Both the position numbers and the translations under genes were made by a program. This document shows, one piece after another, positions 30,202 to 39,252 of a stretch of 64,000 bases of DNA; the stretch's first letter is position 1, and every line of letters begins with the position of its first letter. The notes under the pieces are model-generated. The model was given only the letters and a program-made list of their open reading frames with translations, was not told where the DNA came from and searched no databases. Where the stretch lies: assembly GCA_046483985.1 (NCBI GenBank), contig JAWOCD010000110.1:32001-96000 (forward strand), written 5' to 3'. Source of the DNA: Promethearchaeia archaeon (GTDB lineage: Archaea > Asgardarchaeota > Lokiarchaeia > Sigyniarchaeales > SOKP01).

Positions 30202-31614
30202 TTATTTGATATGAAAACTCCGTAATTCTTTCAAAATGACGGGCTCTGATTTGTCTATCTCCGAGATATCTTCTTCTGTTCCCACGATGACCGCGCCCTT
30301 TGTCCCAAAACTACCGAGAATTTTCGTAAAGGGAGCTTCCAGTTCTCTCCCGGTAATTTCTTTCGCTCCCTTGACACTTTGAGCTAATCCTTCACAAACT
30401 ATCCCTTCAGAATGCTCTAAATATTTGATTCGCCCTTTCTTATACTTGTATTTGTAGAATAATGGCGCTTGTTCGTGGGTTTTCAAAAGATTTGCTGATC
30501 CGATTATCCGCAAGGTGGTTGGGGGGAGGTCCAATCGGCTTAATAAGAATATGACTTTATTTTTTGGAATTAATATCCGCTTGTTAAACCGAAGAATAGC
30601 CCGAAATTTAGATTGGGTCTGAGAAATGGACTTTTTCAACCGTTTCCCCTCAATCTCTTTATAAGGATAAATATTAGCCACATCTGTTTCCATTCCAATA
30701 GTGACGTGCACTTGCGTTCCAAATTCTGTTTTTGGTTTGAAATGCTCCGTTTTATTCACAATAACTTCCGCAATAGTGCAGAATTCAAACGCGTTTTTAT
30801 TATCAGTTACATATGTTCCTCGGTAGACCTTATCAATGTCAATATTTTTGATATTAACCCCTACTCGATTACCTGCCTCGGCAAAATCAACATCCTCGTG
30901 AAAGATTTGGATGTTTTTAACTTTTCCGGTTTCATTTATAGGGAGTATGTAGACCTGTTGATCTTTTTTCAGCGTTCCCGTAATTAGCGTTCCCGTAATG
31001 ATCGGTCCTAAACCTTTTGCGGTAAAGTGGTGATCAATCGGAATGATCACATCTCCGTCTGTATCTCTGTCGATTTCTAACGATTTAATCAGATCGAAGA
31101 TTCCTTCTTTTAACTCTGTGAATCCTTTTTTTTCTTTTGCTGAAACAGCAAAAATGGGAACATTCTTGCCAAATGAAGTAGTTTTAAAGAATTCTTGAAT
31201 GTTTTCGATTTCTTTTTCAATATTGCCCTTGAATAGATCTATCTTATTTAAGACCACGATGATGTTTTCAATTCCTAAGGATTCGATCATGACTAAGTGC
31301 TCTCCAGTCTGAATCTGCGGCCCTTTGTTGATATCTATTACTAATAGTGCACAGTCAATTATTTCCACCGATGATGCGCTAATTTTAATTAAATCTGCAT
31401 GCCCAGGTCCGTCTACAAGCGTAATTAAATACTCATCCATAAGAAAACTGGTGAATCCGATATCAATAGTTATTCCCCGTTCCTTACTCTGTGGATGAGC
31501 ATCGATTCCTGCCGTAGAGATAATCTCGGACAATACTGAGGCAACTGCTGTTTTGCCGGAGTCAATATGACCAAATAACCCAAAGTTGATAGGAATTTTT
31601 TCTTCGATATTCAT
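30202..31614 (-). CDS. selB: Selenocysteine-specific elongation factor (archaeal/eukaryotic type)
   Basis: GHIDSGKT, ERGITIDIGF, DGPGH, NKID, DHHF; C-terminal domain with SFGTKG; near tRNA-Sec. Confidence 0.9.
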   Translation of the reverse strand: MNIEEKIPINFGLFGHIDSGKTAVASVLSEIISTAGIDAHPQSKERGITIDIGFTSFLMDEYLITLVDGPGHADLIKISASSVEIIDCALLVIDINKGPQIQTGEHLVMIESLGIENIIVVLNKIDLFKGNIEKEIENIQEFFKTTSFGKNVPIFAVSAKEKKGFTELKEGIFDLIKSLEIDRDTDGDVIIPIDHHFTAKGLGPIITGTLITGTLKKDQQVYILPINETGKVKNIQIFHEDVDFAEAGNRVGVNIKNIDIDKVYRGTYVTDNKNAFEFCTIAEVIVNKTEHFKPKTEFGTQVHVTIGMETDVANIYPYKEIEGKRLKKSISQTQSKFRAILRFNKRILIPKNKVIFLLSRLDLPPTTLRIIGSANLLKTHEQAPLFYKYKYKKGRIKYLEHSEGIVCEGLAQSVKGAKEITGRELEAPFTKILGSFGTKGAVIVGTEEDISEIDKSEPVILKELRSFHIK

Positions 31615-31740
31615 CTTAACTACTAATTATAATTAACCAATAAATAAAATCTTACAAAATTGGACTCACAAAATTTAATTAATTTAAATTTGATTTTAAT
31701 AATAACAACAAGATTAATAATGTTTTGAGGATTAAAAAAT

Positions 31741-32592
31741 ATGACTCGACATTGCCCGTATTGCGGGGAGCCAGTCAAAGATGATGATAAATTTTGTATA
31801 TCGTGCGGAAAACCTCTTATTTCCAACATTCCTTCCGAAGATAAGATAAACGAGAAGGAAAAGAAGAAGCAAAAAGAAGAAGAAACAAAAAGGGATAAAG
31901 AGGAGAAAGAAGAGGAGAAAAAAGAAAAAAAGAAAAATGAGAAAAAAGCAGACGAAGAGAAGAAAGAGGAAGAAGAGGATTTACCCGAATTACCAGAAGA
32001 GATTAAACAACAAGTAGAATATCGCCTTGATTTAAACAGGCTAAAGATCACTAAACAAAAACTGGGTAGAAAATTAGAGAAAATTGAAAAAGCAATGGAG
32101 GGAAATAAATACGATGTAGACGATGAATATGCTCAAAAAATAAACTCGCAGTTACAAGCTATAAAAGAGATCTCCAACGATCTAAAAGAAAAAGAACGGT
32201 CAATCGAAAGTAAGATTGATAAACCCTTTATTACGGAACAATTGAATTTTGAAATTGACACCAAAAAAGACCAATTAAAAAGCATTGTGAGGGATTATAA
32301 ACTCAAAAAATTAAAAAAATTCGCAATGAAGGACTTGAAGAAGCAATACAAAAAGGAGCTTAAAGATCTCAGAAAAAAGAAGGAAAATATCATTACCAAT
32401 ATAGAAAAATGGCTGGCAGAAATTTCAATGAAAAAGACCAAATTGAAGAAAGAACTTGAATATGAAAAGGCAAAATTTTCCGCGAAAGAGATTTCGGAGG
32501 AAGAGTACGAAAGAAGCAAAAAGGACTTCAAAAAAGATATGAAACTCGTTGAGTTGAATATTGAGACGCTCAAAGACTTAACATCTAAATAA
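31741..32592 (+). CDS. Zinc-ribbon + long coiled-coil protein
   Basis: CPYCG..FCISCG then K/E-rich helical region. Confidence 0.75.
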   Translation: MTRHCPYCGEPVKDDDKFCISCGKPLISNIPSEDKINEKEKKKQKEEETKRDKEEKEEEKKEKKKNEKKADEEKKEEEEDLPELPEEIKQQVEYRLDLNRLKITKQKLGRKLEKIEKAMEGNKYDVDDEYAQKINSQLQAIKEISNDLKEKERSIESKIDKPFITEQLNFEIDTKKDQLKSIVRDYKLKKLKKFAMKDLKKQYKKELKDLRKKKENIITNIEKWLAEISMKKTKLKKELEYEKAKFSAKEISEEEYERSKKDFKKDMKLVELNIETLKDLTSK

Positions 32593-32658
32593 TCCAAGCA
32601 CAAATAATTAAAATAATAATTAATTTCAATATCTATATATAAATAAAGAGCTGTTTAT

Positions 32659-32781
32659 ATGAGAAAAAGAATAACCACATTTATCCTATTTTTACTCTCA
32701 TTATCTTTATTAACTTTGGGCATAATTGAAGTGCAGTATAATTTGATAAACAAATTTTATCAAAAAATGGCGGCTTTTTAA
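32659..32781 (+). CDS. Putative small single-TM protein (40 aa); not in ORF track
   Basis: MRKRITTFILFLLSLSLLTLGIIEVQYNLINKFYQKMAAF; TATATA upstream. Confidence 0.5.
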   Translation: MRKRITTFILFLLSLSLLTLGIIEVQYNLINKFYQKMAAF

Positions 32782-32825
32782 TTAAGTTTTACACCTATTT
32801 TTAAAATAAGAAATGAATAAATGAA

Positions 32826-33131
32826 TTATTCGCCTAACCAGCGTCCCGTTTCTCGAGAAGATTCATCATTTAGAAAACCCTTTTTCTGATATAATTTTTC
32901 GTCAGATTTTTTAATCTTTTTGGCTTGCTTATAGTGTTTTTTGCAGAGATATATCTTATGGTGTCGATTCTCGGCATAATCCAATTTCGCCTTTTTTGCA
33001 TAGGGACCCCATTTATTTTCGGATAATGACCGAATTGCTTTTTTGGAACACCCTTTTATAGAACATCGCTTTGTTTTACCAGATGCTCTTTTCAATTCTC
33101 GCTTTTCTCGTAATTCTTTAGGCAGTTTCAA
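32826..33131 (-). CDS. Small basic Zn-binding protein (Cx4C...CxxH)
   Basis: RCSIKGCSKKAIRSLS...IYLCKKHYK. Confidence 0.7.
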   Translation of the reverse strand: MKLPKELREKRELKRASGKTKRCSIKGCSKKAIRSLSENKWGPYAKKAKLDYAENRHHKIYLCKKHYKQAKKIKKSDEKLYQKKGFLNDESSRETGRWLGE

Positions 33132-33214
33132 TTGACTCAGACCTCGAATAAAAACTTTAAGATTTATTATAAATTACTAAATACAATAAAGCTTAAAATT
33201 TTTTTGAAAATTGT

Positions 33215-33952
33215 ATGCCCCCTGACTCATTAATCTTTGATAAATCAGAAATTCAAAGGAAACTATTTGCCCTTGATTCCCCCAAACGGATCAAATTAAA
33301 GGGTGATGAGTTTTTTACAAAATCAGCGATATTATTTACCATTATTCGGAATGATACTCATCCTTACAAACTCCTTTTGATTCATAGGACGGATAGAGGG
33401 ACAAAACATCGTAATGAGATTTCATTTCCCGGGGGAAGACATGAACCTGAGACGGACGTCTCTCTCATTGATACCGCAATTCGAGAAGCCATGGAGGAAA
33501 TTGGAGTCTCAAGGACGGATGTTGAAATATTAGGATGTATGCACGATTTTCCCACATTAACTCGATATATCATCACCCCAATAATTGGCGTAATCAATAA
33601 AAATCAGAGATTTTGCAAGCAAGAGACCGAAGTAAGGAGGATTCTTAAAATTCCAATCGATTACTTTGCAGATAAGCACAATTTTAATGAACGACTTTTC
33701 ATAATCAATCATAAAAAGTTTCCCGTATATTATTACAATTATTTTGATGAGGTTCAAAAGAGAATATATACTATTTGGGGGGCGACAGCTCATATGATCC
33801 AAGAATTTCTCCATCATATTTATTCTGTTCAGTTATCTGAATCGGGTATTAAAAGATTCACCATTGAAAAAATAAAAAACTTGAAGAATAATCTCAAATT
33901 CAAGAGAAAACTATCAAACGGATTTAACCCTCAAAAAGATAAACAAAAATGA
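33215..33952 (+). CDS. Nudix CoA pyrophosphatase (NUDT7/NudL-like)
   Basis: HRNEISFPGG, TAIREAMEEIG, IWGATA. Confidence 0.88.
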   Translation: MPPDSLIFDKSEIQRKLFALDSPKRIKLKGDEFFTKSAILFTIIRNDTHPYKLLLIHRTDRGTKHRNEISFPGGRHEPETDVSLIDTAIREAMEEIGVSRTDVEILGCMHDFPTLTRYIITPIIGVINKNQRFCKQETEVRRILKIPIDYFADKHNFNERLFIINHKKFPVYYYNYFDEVQKRIYTIWGATAHMIQEFLHHIYSVQLSESGIKRFTIEKIKNLKNNLKFKRKLSNGFNPQKDKQK

Positions 33953-34611
33953 AAGAAGCGTTAATCCTTGATGAGGAGAAAATAAAAAACCGGTTGTATA
34001 ATTTTGAGGATTCAAAACGTCCTTGTTTTGATGATGCTCGATTTATTAAATCTGCGGTTATAATTCCCGTAATCTCTTATCCCGATAAACCCTTTGAAAT
34101 CCTATTTATAAAAAGAACTATTCATAAGGAGGATAAACACTCGGGGGAAATGGCATTTCCAGGAGGTAAATACGATCCTCAAGTGGATAAAAATCTTAAA
34201 GAAACTGCATTAAGAGAAACAGAGGAAGAAATAGGTATTTTTGAATCGAATATTTCCGTATTGGGATGCTTGAAGGACCAGATTACCCCCAAAAAGTTCA
34301 TTATTACCCCTTTTATTGCAATTATAGAGAACAATGTTCAATTCTTGAGCGACAATGCTGAGGTGGCTGAAATTATAAAAATTCCGATTAATTATTTTCT
34401 GAATGGAAAAAATTATTTAGAAAGGACGTATACTTTAAAGAATACGCTTATAGCGGTCGGTAAGTATAAATATTGGCATACTAACGGAAAAAAATACGTC
34501 ATTTTTGGAGCTTCTTGTCATATTCTCGTTGATTTTATTGAAACCATCTACCAGATTAACTTAATGAACAAAAAAGCTCGAAGATTGCAATGTGCTGATT
34601 TTTCTAAATAA
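33949..34611 (+). CDS. Nudix CoA pyrophosphatase (tandem paralog)
   Basis: HSGEMAFPGG, TALRETEEEIG, IFGAS. Confidence 0.88.
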   Translation: MKEALILDEEKIKNRLYNFEDSKRPCFDDARFIKSAVIIPVISYPDKPFEILFIKRTIHKEDKHSGEMAFPGGKYDPQVDKNLKETALRETEEEIGIFESNISVLGCLKDQITPKKFIITPFIAIIENNVQFLSDNAEVAEIIKIPINYFLNGKNYLERTYTLKNTLIAVGKYKYWHTNGKKYVIFGASCHILVDFIETIYQINLMNKKARRLQCADFSK

Positions 34612-34767
34612 ATACGTAATATTTTAAACTGAGAAGGAAATTAAACAATTTATAAAGCTAATTTACATATATATCCTTTTTTGACTTTTATTAAAAATTA
34701 ATAAAAAACAATTACTATCCAAATCACTATTTAATAAAATAAAAAATTATAAGATGGTAAAAATAAA

Positions 34768-35349
34768 ATGACTGCTGATAGCGAACTTGCAAACCCTGCC
34801 CCTCTAGGGCTGATGGGATTTGGTATGACCACAGTGCTTTTAAATCTGCATAATGCAGGGTTATTCCAATTAGACACGATGATTCTAGCGATGGGAATAT
34901 TTTATGGTGGTTTAGCCCAAGTAATAGCTGGTATATTAGAATATAAAAAAGGGAATACATTTGGAGTGACTGCCTTTACATCATATGGCTTCTTTTGGTT
35001 ATCTTTCGTTTTTCTAAATGTTCTACCAAACCTTGGATATTGGTCTGTAGAAGTTTCTTCAGTTTCGGATGGTTGGTATTTGTTCATGTGGGGTATTTTC
35101 TCATGCTTTATGTTTATAGGGACTTTAAAAAGCAATAGAGCATTACAGTTTGTTTTTCTTTCTGTATCTTTATTGTTTTTAATTCTCGCAGCCTCGAAGT
35201 TTTTGAATTCCTCTCTCATTGGCACCATCGGGGGAATCGAAGGTATAATCTCTGGCTCCAGCGCAATTTATTTAGCGATGGCAGAAGTTATAAATGAATC
35301 GCATGATAAAACAATATTACCAATCGGCGAACCTTCAGAAAGAGATTAA
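34768..35349 (+). CDS. satP: Acetate uptake transporter (GPR1/FUN34/YaaH)
   Basis: ANPAPLGLMGFGMTT, FYGGLAQ, SYGFFW. Confidence 0.93.
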   Translation: MTADSELANPAPLGLMGFGMTTVLLNLHNAGLFQLDTMILAMGIFYGGLAQVIAGILEYKKGNTFGVTAFTSYGFFWLSFVFLNVLPNLGYWSVEVSSVSDGWYLFMWGIFSCFMFIGTLKSNRALQFVFLSVSLLFLILAASKFLNSSLIGTIGGIEGIISGSSAIYLAMAEVINESHDKTILPIGEPSERD

Positions 35350-35498
35350 ATATTAAAACGACCACGAAGAAATAAAAAAAGAATACAATTATTTTTCTCA
35401 TTTTTTTCTCATTTCTTTTATTTTTCAAGACTAAAGAGATTTCCCGCCATCCTTGATCTTACATCTTATGCATGCGTTTCTTTTTCCTCTCGATATAT

Positions 35499-35526
35499 TT
35501 TAACGATCTGCGAAAGAAGTCCCCAT
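35499..35526. repeat. 28-bp dispersed repeat, copy 1
   Basis: TTTAACGATCTGCGAAAGAAGTCCCCAT, identical at 56996-57023. Confidence 0.85.
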
Positions 35527-35636
35527 TTTCATTTAATTTGAAATTATGAATTAAAATCGAAAATTTCTTTTACAATTTTTGATTATTAAGGATGAGAATT
35601 TTTGATAGTATATCAGTTCAAAAATTCAATTAATAA

Positions 35637-35729
35637 GGCCCTTGACGGTCGGAGTGGTCTCTGACGCCAGACTTCAAATCTGGTTATCCTGCGGAGGGAT
35701 AGGGGTTCGATTCCCCTCGAGGGCCGCCA
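35637..35729 (+). tRNA. selC: tRNA-Sec (anticodon UCA), 9/4 cloverleaf
   Basis: 9-bp acceptor GGCCCTTGA/TCGAGGGCC, 7-bp D stem, CCAGA-CTTCAAA-TCTGG, long variable arm, 4-bp T stem, G73 and encoded CCA. Confidence 0.96.
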
Positions 35730-35771
35730 TTTTACCTTGATATGAATAAATAACTATGTGTTGTCCTAATT

Positions 35772-37142
35772 ATGGTTGATTTAAGTAAGATAAATAAATA
35801 TTTCGAAAACTCGAAAATCCCCAAAAATATGCTCAAACGGGGTCAGCTTGTTTTGAATGAATTCTTGAAACCCATTAAAATCCTTTTCGAACAAAAGGCA
35901 CTTCCTGATGAGCCATGGAGTCAAGAGCAAATCAAATATTTGTTAGATACGCTTTCCCATATGGATACGGATAAGGACAGAAAGGCCGCCCGGGTGGGCG
36001 AACGGGAAGCACGAATTGCCTCGAAACTTAATCTAGAGATCTCAGCTGGCTTCTGTCATGGAATAGGTCGAAGTGGATTTTTAACTGATCCCCAACCGAA
36101 AGCTCCTGGGGGGTCCATCATGTATGATATTGCAAACTACGTTGCGCGTGACTTTTTACGAAAATTTGGATTGCCCAATATCAAAAAAGCAATTGTTGTG
36201 CCTATTGCAACTGGTATGTCTTTAGCTCTTTGTTTAGCCGCATTGCGTCCCGATTGGGATAATGGTTCTCTGCTTCATAAGAGAAAGATTTTGGTCCCCC
36301 GAATTGACCATAAATCCCTCATCAAGGGGATCAAATTGGTTGGAGTTACTCCAAAAATAATCGATGGGAGGATTTTCGGAGATAGTGTCCGTGTTCCTAT
36401 AGAAGATATTAAGGAGGCATTTGACGAGGACTGTTTTGGTATTATATCTGTTACCAGCTTTTTTCCCCCGAGAGAGCATGACGCCCTCAAGAAAATAAGT
36501 AAATTCGCCAAAAAGAAAGATTTATGTCACATTGTTATTAATGCCTACGGAGTACAGAGTCCAGAGTGGATGAAATTGATTCGCTCCGCTATCGATGCGG
36601 GACGAGTGGATGCCATTATTCAATCTACGGACAAAAATGTATTGACTCCCGTAGGCGGAGCAGTTATTGCCTCTCCCTCGAAAAAAGTTATTGACACTAT
36701 AAGTCAAACATATGCCGGACGTGCTTCTGCCACTCCCGTGGTAAATTTTCTCGTTTCTATTCTTTCTTTAGGAAAGCAAGGATATGAAGAACTAATAGAC
36801 AAACAGCAACGACATCATAATTTACTCAGGAAAAAACTACAAAAATTCGCCGAAGAAATCGATGAACGGATCTTGGATACATTTAATCCTGTAGCTATCG
36901 CTATGACTTTAAATCATCTGCCAGAGGAAAAGTTAACTCAATTAGGTGGAGCGCTCTATAATTTGAGGGTAACGGGACCGAGGGTCTATAATCCAGATGA
37001 AAAAATGTTCGGATTTTGTTGTGAAGATTATCCGTATCCCTATATCGTTATGAATGCGGCAATAGGCTCCCGCAAATCGGACATTTTAACCGCAATAGAG
37101 CGACTTAAAAAAGCCTATGCTCAAGTTAAAAAAACCTCCTAA
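35772..37142 (+). CDS. spcS: O-phosphoseryl-tRNA(Sec) selenium transferase SepSecS
   Basis: GEREAR, HGIGRSG, QPKAPG, NAYG, QSTDKN (PLP Lys), YAGRAS; follows tRNA-Sec. Confidence 0.95.
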   Translation: MVDLSKINKYFENSKIPKNMLKRGQLVLNEFLKPIKILFEQKALPDEPWSQEQIKYLLDTLSHMDTDKDRKAARVGEREARIASKLNLEISAGFCHGIGRSGFLTDPQPKAPGGSIMYDIANYVARDFLRKFGLPNIKKAIVVPIATGMSLALCLAALRPDWDNGSLLHKRKILVPRIDHKSLIKGIKLVGVTPKIIDGRIFGDSVRVPIEDIKEAFDEDCFGIISVTSFFPPREHDALKKISKFAKKKDLCHIVINAYGVQSPEWMKLIRSAIDAGRVDAIIQSTDKNVLTPVGGAVIASPSKKVIDTISQTYAGRASATPVVNFLVSILSLGKQGYEELIDKQQRHHNLLRKKLQKFAEEIDERILDTFNPVAIAMTLNHLPEEKLTQLGGALYNLRVTGPRVYNPDEKMFGFCCEDYPYPYIVMNAAIGSRKSDILTAIERLKKAYAQVKKTS

Positions 37143-37287
37143 ATGGAAGATTGACAACATCAAAATTTTTAAAAAATATAAATATTATCTAAGAATTTAA
37201 AATAATAATTCTTTGAAATGAAATTATAAAAATTATCAATACTTCTTAGAATTTAGTTCGCTTTCGATAATCAATGGTTATAAAAAT

Positions 37288-38004
37288 ATGAAAGAAAATA
37301 GATTACTTAACGAATTTCAAGGCACTATAAAATCTGAATGGAACAGTGCTGTGATTAACGAAGAATATTCTCCAATAAACCCCCGGGAATTGTTCGAATT
37401 AGCATATGATACCGCCAATAGCGTTCCGAACCGTAATATTTCGATGAGAATCTCCCAAGATGAAGATAAAGGAGGTCATTTTGTCATCTTATATCATTCA
37501 AAAAAGAAAATGTTTATCCATATCCAAGCTTTGGATGATCATCTGCGAGTGGCAATTTATACTAAAGATGACAAATGTAAAGAGAAGAAAGCAGAGATTC
37601 AGAGAAAGATCTCCGAACGAAAGGAAAAATTTGCAAAGAAGGATAAAAAAATCAAATCGCAACTCCTCAAAATTATTCTGGTGGAAAGAAAAATTGACGA
37701 AGCGGTGAATTTAGTGATGCTTCGTGATATTAGTCGGAAAGTCTATTTTGCAATTGGTGATGCTCGCGAATCCGCCGCAGTTGTCCCTCTTTTTATGGAA
37801 GCAGATGGTGCCTCCTTGGTTCAACTGGCATTGAATAAGTGGATGACTGCAGCTCAAAGATTACCGCCAGAAAAAGATTTCCCCGATGACCACGTAAAAG
37901 GCCTCATCAAAAATATGATGCAGATCAAAAGATGGGTTTTGAAATTAATAGATAGATTGATCTTGGAAGAAAATCTTACCAGCGAAGGCGGTAATAAGGA
38001 TTAA
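37288..38004 (+). CDS. Hypothetical protein
   Basis: 238-aa ORF with coding-like composition; no motif recognised. Confidence 0.7.
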   Translation: MKENRLLNEFQGTIKSEWNSAVINEEYSPINPRELFELAYDTANSVPNRNISMRISQDEDKGGHFVILYHSKKKMFIHIQALDDHLRVAIYTKDDKCKEKKAEIQRKISERKEKFAKKDKKIKSQLLKIILVERKIDEAVNLVMLRDISRKVYFAIGDARESAAVVPLFMEADGASLVQLALNKWMTAAQRLPPEKDFPDDHVKGLIKNMMQIKRWVLKLIDRLILEENLTSEGGNKD

Positions 38005-38204
38005 AGAGTTAAACCCATATTTTTTTAATGAATTAGCCCTTCACGTATTTCAATAATCGCGTAAGTCGTTCAACTAAGCTGTTAAAAATAATGGGGACAT
38101 ATTTCAGCCAATTTTTCCTTAAGGTTCATAAAATATTTATTTTTTCTTATTTTCTTCTTCATTCTACGGGATCTAAATATTATTTCTAATTTCCTAAGAG
38201 GTCC

Positions 38205-38320
38205 TTGAACTACCACCCCCTAAAGGCCTTGAATTCATACTCCCTAATAGACAATATAAGTTGGTTAAAACGTAAAATTAATCTCCTCTCTAAAGAATGG
38301 AGTTTTCTTTTGCTTTTTTG
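38205..38320 (-). mobile_element. Miniature non-autonomous IS200/IS605 derivative (PATE-like)
   Basis: Minus strand: TTTAT | CAAAAAAGCAAAAGAAAACTCCATTCTTTAGAGAGGAG (left-end-like hairpin) ... ATTAGGGAGTATGAATTCAAGGCCTTTAGGGGGTGGTAGTTCAA (right-end-like). Confidence 0.55.
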
Positions 38321-38439
38321 ATAAAAAAATTTTTATTCTTTTGTGTGTTTTGATTGAATATAGAAGATTTTAATACAAAATTGGTATAATGTCATATAGG
38401 GGATTTTTCCCTTAAAATAATGGATTATATCAATGCAGT

Positions 38440-38594
38440 GGTCCCGTTGCTTAGCTTGGTTAACATGCCCAGGTTTTTGAGCTTGGTCAACAAGCGCAGG
38501 TCTTATAAATGGCCCGCGGACATACAAAGAAACCAAATAAGTGTCCGTGTTCAGTAAAAACCTGAGATCCCGGGTTCAAATCCCGGCGGGACCA
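38440..38594 (+). tRNA. tRNA-Ile (anticodon UAU) with two BHB introns (about 38463-38491 and 38509-38559)
   Basis: Acceptor GGTCCCG/CGGGACC + A73; D stem GCTT/AAGC; anticodon arm CAGGT-CTTATAA-ACCTG after splicing; T arm CCGGG-TTCAAAT-CCCGG. Confidence 0.88.
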
Positions 38595-38784
38595 TGTTCT
38601 TTCTTTTCTTTTGGTAACAAAGCATTTCGATGTAATTTTTTACCAATGATTAGAAATTTTAAGGAATAAAATCAACTAAATAATAATAACTAAAAAAATT
38701 TAATAGTACTGGGTTGTATAAAGTTAGTATAAATACTATTAAAAAACATACTTAAATTTACTAACATTTAATAAGTGACTATTT

Positions 38785-39210
38785 ATGGCAGAGGATGAGA
38801 TGATATTAACACTTTTGAAGAATATCTATAGTCGCATTGCTCAACTTGGTAAGGCAATTCAAGGGCTAAAGACCACGTTGGATGAATTAAATCAAACCAT
38901 TGAAGATAAAACAGGTCAATTATCGAATAAATTAACTGAGTTTTCTGAAGAAATCGAAATCACACAGACCAAGCATCAGAAAACCATCTCAAAAATTGGT
39001 GAAGGAGCCACGAGAGAAATGGAAAAATTACAATCAAGCTTGGGATTAGATGCATTTGAAGGATTAGTGGAAAATCTGGAAAACTTTACGGAAATTGCGG
39101 GAGATGTCTTAAACCAAGATACGGTGAATCTCCTATTATCTGAAACCATTGACTCTGTCAAGACTTTAAAGGAGTCTGTTATGCAACCGGAAGAAGAACA
39201 AATAGAATAA
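38785..39210 (+). CDS. Coiled-coil protein
   Basis: Continuous heptad pattern, no TM. Confidence 0.8.
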   Translation: MAEDEMILTLLKNIYSRIAQLGKAIQGLKTTLDELNQTIEDKTGQLSNKLTEFSEEIEITQTKHQKTISKIGEGATREMEKLQSSLGLDAFEGLVENLENFTEIAGDVLNQDTVNLLLSETIDSVKTLKESVMQPEEEQIE

Positions 39211-39252
39211 ATGTTTTTTAAAAAAATAATACATAATATATGAGGTTTTTTC

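Noticed and set aside
38333-38536. 67-aa minus-strand ORF
   Set aside because: Antisense to the tRNA-Ile gene; spurious
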